Positions 34,501 through 46,500 of a stretch of 64,000 nt of DNA are shown here, one piece after another. Within the stretch, counting starts at the first letter, position 1. Each line of letters begins with the position of its first letter. A model generated the notes under the pieces. The model was not told where the DNA came from. It made no database searches and saw nothing but the letters and a program-made list of their open reading frames with translations. The position numbers and the translations under genes were made by a program. Source of the stretch: Thalia democratica (lineage: Eukaryota); the NCBI GenBank assembly GCA_965202585.1, contig OZ241827.1, forward strand, positions 58,032,001 through 58,096,000, written 5' to 3'.

Positions 34501-37500
34501 ATTACAAAATATATTACGTTATGCTATCTTAAACCAAATTTTAAGCTATGTTTTTTATCATATAGCTTATTTATAGTCTTCAATTAATTTAGGGTCTATT
34601 ATCAGCATGAATTTTCTGCAACAATTAATTAAAAAATAGTTTTACATGACTTATTGTAACTTTAAATATTTTTTTACTAATGTGAAAAGTGTTTACAAAT
34701 AGTTTTACTTAACAACATAAGTAATACTAGCTTTTTTTACCTAATTCCTTTTGAACTGTTAAATGACAAAATGCAAGTAAAAATCGTTAAGATGACAGTA
34801 ATAACTAAACAAATAGTATTAATCTAATTATGCTTTGTGACAAGAAAATTTGTTTAATTTATAAAAGCTTGTACATTAATGACTAAGCATACACAACATT
34901 TTTCACATTAAATTTTTTAAAGTTTTCAAACCATGTAATTTTAACTTTAAATGTGTTTTCCTAGGAAACAAACTCTCTTACACAATTTGAAAATAAAAAT
35001 ATTAATTGAAATTTATTTTCATATATATAACATCAAATATCAATTTTATATGATTTTTGTATTATAAGTATAAATAAAAAAAGCATGAAGTTTGTGATTA
35101 ATTAAGTGAAAACATCTTAAAATTACACAAAAAAATAGATTACGTAAGCATATTTGAAGGTTTAAAATGGGTAGATCTTTTTATGGTTAATTTTCTATCG
35201 AGCTATACCGGGTACGATTTTATGTATATAATTGCAGTAGTTTTGCAAAAAAGGCTCCAATATTTTGATGACATCGTATCTTATTTTGGGTAGTCTACTT
35301 TTTAAAGTCATACAAAAAAGTTACAAAAATACGTCGCGCTGAAAAGTAAATTGAACAATCTTGCTTCATTAAAATTCGTACTGCTAGTTTTTGGAGCTTT
35401 ATTTTTGTAAACACAAGAATAAGTGTCTCTGCCAATAAAAAAACACACTTTCAAGGTGATTTTAATTGTAAACAAATACAAACACGTGCATAGAAAGAAA
35501 AAGAAAACTATTTAAATTTTTAAATGTAAAGTTGTTTAATTTACTTATCAACGCGAAGTATTTTGTAACTTTTTTGCACAATTTTTCAAAGAAAACTACC
35601 CAAAATAAGGTATGACGTCATCAAAATATTGGAGCTTTTTTTTTGCAAAATTGCTGCAACTAAAAGTATTCAATATTTAAAATAACCAATAAAAAGTCCT
35701 ACCGGTTCAAAATGCTCATTAATGTAAAACCACAAAATTATCTTAATAATTTAGCTTTCAAAAATTTCAACATCTTATTTTTGCGTTACCGTTCATTTTA
35801 TTTTTGATATTTTTAAACCAAACTTTATAATTGATAGATGTCAATTATAGGAACGTGTTAATTTGATTATAACACTCTACCGTGCAAAGCTAATAGATGA
35901 TATCGACGAGTGTTTAAGTGTTAAATGATAGAAATAGACCAAAAAGCAAAAACACATAAGAAACGCTGTGCGAAGGCCAAGTAACCCGTTTTTTATGCAA
36001 ATATTTACATTTGATTATATGTTCGAAAATATATGTAGTTTTAGCTCGCTCTGGTATTCTAATCACAAAAAAAGCTCTTTGTTTTTTATTTTTTGTTGCA
36101 ATTTGTTTATCCATTTTTTCTTAAATATAATTGTTCTATTCAAATATTAGAAAAGAAGTCTATATTCAAAATTTTCTTTGAATCGACCAACCTGAGTAAG
36201 TTTTAAATAATAAATAAACAAAAAAAAACAGACTTTTTTAATGATATATTTCAACTATAGGTTTAATAACAGGTTATTTTTGTTTTAAAAATTACTTAAT
36301 TTTTAAATATTCATTAAAACCGGTCAGAAACACCATTAAAGATAATTTTTTGTAAATAATTTTTTTCAAGCAACGTCAAAATATTTACAACTCGGTCATA
36401 CTTTTTTTTCTAGTTTAGAAAGTATTTCTTAAAGTATTTCTTTTAGAAAGTAAAAACAAAAACTAAGAAAAAAACAAAATATATTTTTTATCTTAAAAAA
36501 ATAGCAAACTAACTGAGCTCTGACTTCACGCGATGCCTCGTTCACCAGTTCAACAGACCTCCTTTTATTATTAAGCGGGAAACTACTTTCTAATGGAAGC
36601 CTTGTACCTGCATTCCCGCTTTCAACCCCCGAGCCGTTTGATAGCGGCTTGTTAGCCGTGGAAAAATCGCCGGTCGGTTGCCAAGAAACGGCGGCGAAAA
36701 TAAGGTTGCCGTGGAGACGCAGTTCGAGCGAAATGACAAAAACGATGACAATTTTGTAAAATAAAAATCTGCTGCTACTTCTAGCTGCTGACATTGTTTT
36801 CAATTTTTTGATATCATCTGACTACTTGAACAATTACTCGGTGCTCTGCTTTGCTTGAGTTCTGCCTCATAATTTGTTGATAAGCATGCTCGTATACTTT
36901 TTTACATTCAACAAGGTTTTAATCGCTGAAATGGTGATTTTGATTAATCAAAATTAATTATCAACCAGTTGGGCAGAGTCCAAGTTATATGCTTTTTTTT
37001 AATTATGTTACTCTTACTAATAGGTTTGATAAAGCAGGAAGCTAATGAGATTAAAATTGACTACAATGTAATTCTTTTTTTATTGACGTCTAGTCGGTAA
37101 TATGCGATGGAAAATTAATTAATGTTCTTGTTTACCTTGCTTTGGGATCGGTTTTAATAAGTGCAAATTTTCACATTGTGTAATGTACGCTGTCATAGCT
37201 ATTGGTGTGTCAGCAATTATTTAGTTTGTACTTGATGCTACAAGTTCTGCTTAGATTTGCAAAAATCATTCATAGCAAGTAAAGCTTGCATACAAAACAG
37301 GTAAATTAAATTACTTTTAAACTGTAGTCCAACATACTTAAAACAATAAATAACAATTTAAGTCATTCTAGGTAAAAAAAAGTCTAAGTTAATAAAAACT
37401 TAGCACTTACTAAAAAAACTACCTAAAACATATTACACTATTGAATTTATTTCTTTTGTCTTTCTGTTTTATAAAATTTTTAAAGAGTTGAAGCCCGATA

Positions 37501-40500
37501 ACTACCTAACTTAATAGAAAACTTTTACTGGTATATATTGTGATTTTATCTTTTTTTGACAATTTCTTTAATGTAAATTCGACTTAAAGAAATTATAAGG
37601 AAGGTTTCTAAACTAATCTTTATTAACCAAGGTTTAATTAACAAAATAATATTAAACAATACTATTTTTGTCAGTACTTTAAAAACATGTTACAGTCCTT
37701 AAATTTCATCTACATTCTGAAAAAAACTTAAAAACAAAAATGCAAGTTCTTAGCTTATAAGCTGAGCAAAAACTGTTTTACTCGAAAACTTTCTTGTCTA
37801 ACTCGGCTCGTACAAAAATTCCTATGCAAAGCCTTACATACTCACAATAATTTGTGAGCAAAGAAGTTCTAGCCTTTTTCCTTTACATGGAAAGTTATCT
37901 CATGTTCGCTATTTACCTGTACTACAAATGCTGTTATTTTTCTACAATTTTTCGTCTAAAACAATTTATGTAGTTTCATAAGTTTTAAATCGTGTTGTTG
38001 AATTATAAAGAAGCTTTTGTTTACAAAATACTTCTGTGTAATGTTTTTAGAAGTAATCTATGTACATAGCTGTCTTAGTTTTATATAAAAGTTATCAAAC
38101 TAAATAAGTAGTTTATACACGAAAGTAGTTCGAATATATCACTAAAGTCCGTTGTTTTAATATTTTAAATGTTAAAATAAAAGTATTAAGCACTTACTAT
38201 AAAATGATTGGCGTTTTAACGTTTTTAATTTTTTTTAGTTTTGTTAAAAAGTTTTAAAAAGTTGTAAAAAGATTAAGTTGTCAAATTATCTACAGTATAA
38301 CTAAAAATAACAGTGTGTCTTTGATGTTATTTTTATAACAAGTATTTTTATTAAATCTGTTCTATTAATTAAATTTTTTGTATCGAAATGCTTAAAGTTC
38401 AACATTAGGCCTCTTTTTAAAGATTTAAAAAAAGATTATAGTTTATAACTATTATAATTTGTAACGTAATTCAAAGTTGATTTTACATATAAAATATTTA
38501 AGTGTCAAAATAAACAGAAAAGCAGCAAAAAATTGAATTTAAACTTCAAATGTATTTTAGGTCGCCTTCAGAACATCACTGGCAGCTTTTCAAATCTTAT
38601 CAGCTGACTCAAGTTAAAGCAGTTTCAAAAGAAACCCTTTATCCCTACTTTGCCGAACAAAAGATATCTAAATTGCCTACATGAAAGGTATCGTTTCGAG
38701 GCAAAGGCATGAATACATTGAGGTCAACACTTCAAAAGGATGCTTGAGAAAAGTTTTGAGTGATTGAATTTTACCAGTTTGGAACTGCTCTTGGCGTTGA
38801 CAGCTTCTTACGTATTAGAGCTGCTCGATAAGAGTCTCTAAAGAAGCGAGATAAGATCTCAACAACATCAATCATAAGAGTTAAAAGTTCCGATCAAAGA
38901 AACTATATTCAAGCATAATAACGCTTATATTTTACCAAGCTTAGAAGTTAGTAAACTTTTAATACAAGTTGCGTACTAACTATAAACATTTTTAGCAATA
39001 TTTGTTCAATAATCTTTATAACCTTCGTTTTACACTTTTTTCATCAATTTAAAAACTTAGCTGAATACAATATTTGTTTGAATTTTTGATATATACCAAC
39101 TAGTTTTTCAAACTAAAGGTATTTCAACTTGATTTCAAATAATTTGATTTCTCTATTTAAGTTTTGAGTTACTTTTAAAAAATATTTGTGTTGCTTTTCC
39201 TTTGTCTATTATCGATTCAATAGCGTTTTATTTGACTTACTTTGATCGTAACGTTAGGTAATTTAATTTTAGTAAGGTTATGAGTGATACATGATACCTG
39301 AATACTGTTACTTAAGCAGTGCGTGGTGAAAACAGGCCAATTACACGACCCTTTTGTTCCCATCAGAACACTTCAACAATGAATTAAGTCATATTTTACC
39401 AATTGTCAATTTTTACAGGCAACCAAGAAAACCTTACTTACATTTCTCATGCAGTTTTGCTTCACAAAATAGAAAAACCGCAACCAAATAGACTAAAGTA
39501 AATAAAAAAAAAGTTACCTGGTCTCGTTTTCAGTTTTTGGTGGAACGGGACAGGGGTCCCTCTTGCAGGTGGCCAGCTTCGGAAGGGGATGTTTCGATCG
39601 GTCGCATCTGCTGTCTGCTGCCAGGCGATTTGAGAGGTTGTCGTAGCAGAACGGTATTGACACCGACATTCCTGTGAAAATATGTTAAATGAAATTTTAT
39701 CGTTTTTGAAAAAGTTTTTTTTCAGTTAGATGTAACTTAAGCATTATTTCAAACTCTAATATTTTCATATAAAATATCTTTTTTTTTTCTACAGTCCTAT
39801 GAATGCTCGCAAAAACTAAAAGTTTCATAATTCATTGTTTACAAACAAAAACTTTTAATAATGCTGTAAATTTTGATAAAACTTTCAATGTTGAAGTAAA
39901 ACTGTGTTGACAGTGTCAATTCATCGTCATTCCTAGCATACTTTCACGGCATGAAAACAGGTTATGAGCTTCATCCTTTTAGAGTCGGATCAAAGCCGCG
40001 ATGTAATTGCAACCCGATACGATGGAGGTATTTTCTTAGGTGCCGGCCCAACAACAAACAGGTGCCAGCGTATCGAGTTGTGCCGAAAATATCGAATTAT
40101 CCGCTCGTAATTGCCTCGCTCCATGCCGCCAACAACGCCAATTTGTCCGAACGACAAACGTTTTCGAATATCTGCAAATCCCTTTTCGCCCGCTCTAAGC
40201 CCTCGCTTAAACTGAGGTTTTAATTTCACGTTGCCATGGAGTGCTTGTCTGAAATTGTGCTAAAGTGCAAACGCCAAAGTGGACAGTTTGGTGTCTGGAC
40301 ACGCAAAGTTGGGTACAGACAAAAGGTAATGGCGTGCAGAAAAAGTGCTAATTGTATAATTTGTTGGCTGTTAGACAAAATCTGGCTTTTTGCCTTTTTT
40401 TACACGAAATGGCGCAGTAAACTTTATTTTACGTTAGAAGTAAAAATAGTATCTAAATGTCTTATAGTTGTCTTTATTGTGCATTTAAATTTACATAATA

Positions 40501-43500
40501 GCAAAGTATATTTATATCTAAATTAAAGTTTAAAAACTAACGTTTATCATAAGCTTAAATAAAAAAACAACTATATTTTTTATAGAATAAAAAATAGTAT
40601 GTTTAGGATAGAAATATTTAGAGTAAATAACACTTTTAAAAAATGCGTTACTTTTTTTCTGTTAAAACAATTAAAACAGTAACTTTTGGCCATGTAATCA
40701 AAATTAATTTTTTTTAGTAAAACGGTTTAGAGGTTACAAGTGTTTACTTGTTGCAAAATGCTTTACACGGATTTCTGATCAAATAAGTATTAGTGAAAAG
40801 TTTCTAGGTAACTTAAAACTGCTATAATGCTTACTAAGCTAAAGGTTATCTAAACACGTAGAAATTTACTAAGTAGAAAACAAAATATTACATCAACAAA
40901 AATATATAACTAATTTATCATCGTTTTTAATTATTTTTTCAATTTTAAACTTAAAAGTAAATTTATGGCGGCTAATTAAGCTATTAATGTTTAATATTCC
41001 AAAATCCTTTTTTAATGTGTGATAAAAATTAACAAGCTAAGCTGTATGCTACGCATCGATTTTATTAAATTATAGTTTAGTTATATACATATGTTGTGAT
41101 GATTAACGATTGAAATAAACTCAAGATCAAACAATTTTTTTTGCCTATTTATTTCATATACTAAAAAAATATATATAAAATGTAAACATCATACCATAAG
41201 CTAATTTTAAGTAGTTAAAACACTTGTTTTATTTTAAACTAAAAAAATCTAAAAAACAAAAGTTAACAATGTTACACATTTATTATTGAAAAGAGATTGT
41301 TAAAATACTATTTTGTTATTTTCATATCAATCTTAATTAATAAAAGTGTGAACTGTTTAGGTATAATTAATTTACCCTTTTTGAAGTTTAATTTTGATAA
41401 ACACAAGTAATTAACTACTGTATATATACTTACAATATACCTACCTGTATATTTTTTTTTATTACACTTTTAACATTAGAAAAAAAATATTATTAATTAA
41501 TTCTTATCTTAGGATTATTAATCTTAAACCTTTTTTTGACAATTTATACATAAAGTTTCTTATTGTCGACTACTCTATCAAAATATTCCAATTTATTTGT
41601 GTTTATAAAAAATACACACATGTTGTCATACTTTTACATCTTGTTATCTTTTTATTTGTTATAAATTAACAGTTGTGATTGATTTTTTTTTTAAAAACAC
41701 AGACAGAAATATTAAAAAAAAACTATTTGGTGCCGAAAAGAGTTTTTTCGCATTTAATAAGAATTAGGAAAGAGTTAAATTTTAGGTCAATCTAAAATAA
41801 TAAAGTATGTTTAATCTGTGAAAGCTTACAAAAGATTACTGATGAATATTTTAACTAGCAAAACGCGTAGCTTGCACGAGAATATTACTAAAATATTTTA
41901 ATTTTTTACTTATTTCATTTTACAAAACACCAACAACTGAATATAGTAACAACTTTAAAGTTGTAGATAAAATACATAGACACAATATAAAATAATACAA
42001 TAATAAAACAACAATAGTCATATGTGTACTACCTTTTTAAATATCCGCAAATTTTTAGAACAAATATAGATAAATCTGTGTATTTGAAACATGTAAATTT
42101 TAAAATCTCACCAAATCCACAAGTGACGCTGCAGCTTGTCCACTTGACAAACCTCCACACAAACTCCTCCTTGACAACCACCACCTCCTTCTCGATCACC
42201 CTGACAACAGATATCGGCGACCCCATCGCCTCATTCACCCGCCGATGCGTGTCGAAGGGACACAAACCCAAAAAGCATTTCTGCAATTATTAAGATTGCA
42301 CATTTTTCTTTTATAAATGAATTTCAAGAATTGTTTAGATATAAAACAAAAAAAAAACAATAACTTTACAATTAATAAAAGTTTTTTCACTGTGAAACTA
42401 ATTTTCGAGTAAAGCAGTAATTCAGTCAAATTTAGACATTAGCTAGCATTAAAGTTATATTTAAAATAAACATTTGAGAGGTTTGAGCGAAGTCCCCTAT
42501 CGGCTTTGTGACGCTTGTAAAATCACCTTCTTTTAAATGCCGGTCTTACACAAACTACAAAACCCTCAATCTCCGAAGCAAACATTACAACTGCCGTTTG
42601 TTTAATCAAGAGTTCACAATCCAACTACAACACGACATTTGGGGTATCGGCTCTTATCGCAACTGATAATCTAAAATCAAACTCGGATAATTTTTAAAAT
42701 TCAATTTAGCTTATTAATGATGCCGTTTATAAATGGGAAAAAATTTGCCGCAATAAAATGTTTTGTTGTCAGTATGTTGCAGAAATAGATTAAATTTTTC
42801 ATAAAAAACTTTTAGTGTGTGCAGAGGTAAGTTTATAAGTTTATCTGATATTTTACTCGATAAAATCAAACAAAATACTCAGTGGCTTTTAAGTTTAAAC
42901 ATGACTTTCCTAAAATTTAGTTTACATGCTATTTCTTAGTTTGAGCTAGTTGATAAAATCAGTCAAAATACTTTGTACTTTTTAAACTTAAAAACTGCCT
43001 CAATAAAACTTTAGTTTATGTGTTTTTTTAAAGCTTTATAAGTTTTGAATTGCTCAGAATTGGTTTTTATTGTATAAAAACTTATTAAGCTTTATAATTA
43101 AAAAAAAATAAATAAAACAGATAACAGTTTTATATCAGCAAAATTAGATTAAACAAAGACAAAAGGAAATGTCTCCTCCTACAAAATTTTTAAAACGAGT
43201 AAAAAAAATACTCAAAAATAAATTTTGAAGAATATAAATTAGTATTAAGAAAAAAATAAACTAAATTTAATTTTTTTTAAATTTAAACGTAATAATTTAA
43301 AATTATTATTAAGTTTCTAACTGAGGATATTACTTTTACTTATAAGTACCATCTTTTTTTATAAGTTTTTTAAATGCATTTTTATCCTTTAATTTTTTGA
43401 TAATTAAATTTGTTTTTAACACAAAGTCACCACTAGATTTCAACATCACAAACATTTATAAAGTACTTTATTTGCTTTAGTCATTTCTACTTTAAATACC

Positions 43501-46500
43501 TCAGTGTGAACGGGAGCGGGTCCCCTGCACCTGGGTTCGCTCTTGTACAATTCCTCCTTTCTAGTGATCCCCTCCTCCACACATTCCACCCTCCTCGTCC
43601 TGAATCCTCCCATCCCGCAAGATTTCGAACATGCGCTCCACTCCCTAGCCTTCCATCTGTTTGTATTTAAATTAGAAATACTTTTGCTAAAATGGTTGTG
43701 AAAAAATGTTTATAATAAAGTTTTGGTTTTGCATAAAGAAAAATTCTCTGTTTAGGTTTTAGTCTGAAAAAGTTTAACAGCTGCTGCGTTTTTCAGACTA
43801 TGAAAGTTAGTTCGTTAGAAAAGACTTAAGTTGAGGGAATTCGATAAAGTTTGTTTCTGATACAAAATAAAGTTTATCTTTATTGAATTAGTGTAAATTA
43901 AGAGTTTTACAAAAAGACTAGTTTAGTTTTTGAATTATAGAATAATCAAGCTTAAAAGTATTTAACTTGAATTATTTACGATCAAAGTAGGTTATTAAAG
44001 TTTTTTTTTATTTAGCATAACTAAAGTAGCTTGAAAACTTACTTGGCAACTGGAGTAAACTTCAATACTGTTGAAGGTTTTTTCTGTTTCCTTTTCTTTG
44101 ATTTTGTTGTCCGCAAGTTTTTCCTGGCGTTCTTATCTAGAAAAAATCACTCTAGTTGCTAAAGTAAAAGTTGTTTTAAATCATCTTCAAATATACCTTT
44201 TAGTGATGTTCAAAAACTTATAATACATCAACTAAGCTCACAATAAGGTATCACTAAAACAAAGTTGAAAAATAAGTTTTATCACATTTTCCACTCAATT
44301 AAGCAAAAGTTACATCTGCAAGCATACGTCATTAAACAAAGTTAACAATTAAGCTTTGTTGCTTACAGTTAATTGAATTACTAAAACGTTTTCTAAATTA
44401 AATGAGAGCTTACTTTTATAAAATCTGTGTTTTGAACTACTATTTTTAACATTGAAACTAAAACATATAATATTTTTGAAACATAAAAGCCATTAAAAAA
44501 CTGACTAGCTAATATTTAAATATAGTTTATGACTCATCAAATATATAAGGATACTTCAAAAAGCATAATTTTACGAAATTATAGAAGTTACTAACCCTTC
44601 TTGCAAACTGTGTTGCACTCCATTACAGTGTTGGGTTGTCGTCTTGTTTCACAATTAACTGTAGGAGTCGCTCTGTTGTCGCATATGATGTACCTATTTC
44701 GCACTCCACTACCGCAACTAACACTACACTGTTCATTTAAGTAAATAAGTTAAGTAAAAATCATGTGATGTGTCCACTTTTTTAAGTAAACAAAAAACGC
44801 TTTATGGTTGTTTAAGTTTATTGTATTGAGTATAATTAAAGTAACAAATTAATACTTTTTGCTTATAAATTAATCTATTTTTTAATTAGTATTAAAAATA
44901 ATATTAAGCTGATAACTTTTTTCAATGAGTTTTATTTGGAAATTTTTTCAAGCTTTGCTTTCTTTAGAACTTTTTGTTGCAAAAAAAAAAAAAACGATCA
45001 ACTTACATCGGACCAGTTTCCAACGATCCACTTCGGGCACTCGAACGTGTTGCACGCTTCAATAGTTTCCGGCTTCACAAAGTTGCCGCACTCCGACTCG
45101 TCCTCATGGATCCTGACGATGTCTCCGTTGTACTTCTCCTCCACGCACCTGATCGTCCTCTGCAGCGTCCCGTTCCCGCAACTCACGCTGCAAGCTCCCT
45201 TCTCGGTCGTCCTCCAGCTACAAAATCGAGTCTTTAGCACCACGAAGCGGAAAGATAACATGATTAAACTAAACAGTATGTAGTTTTTTTTTTTGTATTT
45301 TTAATTTTAAGTGATGTAGCATGCTCTAGCGGTTAAAATAAATGTGAGAAACAACTCACGTGTGTATGCTCGAGTATTCGTAGTGTTGTTCTGGGTACTT
45401 ATAAAATCTGTTGTAATAAAAAATCAATAATTTAATTAAATTTTAAAATGTTTAAATTTAAACTTTAAAAAAACTTTAAAGTAAATAACAAAATACTAAA
45501 ATGTTCAAACTTTTGTTTTGTAACCACTTTGTCGAAAAAATAAATATTTTTACTTAAATATATATAAAAAGACGTTTGCTTTTACGTTTTATCATAAACA
45601 ACATACCTGATGCCATTGATAGAGGGGCGCGCTTCCTTGCATAGGGGTAGCACGCATTTCACCTTGTGTACTTTCGCCTCGCCCAAACCCTCCTCAATGC
45701 ATCTGGAGTCGGGAAAAATTTCCGAGCTGTTCGAAGATTTGCACACTGGCATCATTTCTTTGTAGCCTTGAATATATTGGAGTAGTGTGAAAATGTATAT
45801 ATTGACTTAATTTCTTTATTTAAAGTAGAGAATTTCAGAGATATTTGCTTTTATTACTAATTGCTAATGAAGTTTAAAAAAAAGTAATTTAAAATCTCAA
45901 ATCTTAACTATAAGCAATAACTGAGGAAAATTTACCAATAAAAAAAGGTTTTTATTAACGTGTCGTTATATTGAATATTTATTTCAACTGGTTTTGTTTT
46001 TATGCAATAGCAAACGTTTATATAAGTTTGTTGAAAAATTTAAGTAAATTGATACTTTAGTGAGTATTACGGTTTATACAAAAATATATGTTGTGATTTA
46101 ATTTTAATCCAACTAATCCATTTTTATGAAATATATTCTGCATAAATTAAACTAAGTAGTTCATTTATAGGTATTTTAGTTTACGCACGATATCTTCACA
46201 AAACTTAATTTAAACCGCAATAGTTTTATATTACTTTGGTTCACAAACCGCATTAATCATTTGCAACATTTTGGAAAAATAATGTTCTTTAAATTGAACA
46301 ATTTAAAGAACAGAAATTACCGAAGACAGAAATTAACTGAACTAGTTAAGGTTTAAAGGTTTTGAGCTTTTTTCTCTTCTTTAAAGTAAAAAAATAAAAA
46401 AATAAAAAATTAGTTTTAAAACTACAATAACGCTTTTAATAGTTTTACAGAACAAAATTAGAATAATATTAAATTGTATTTTCCGAATAATTTTTGTTTA

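Noticed and set aside
38562-38917. TGA-as-Trp (mitochondrial-type code / NUMT)
   Set aside because: TAA stops also interrupt the frame and the motifs are not mitochondrial; TGG>TGA decay is simpler.
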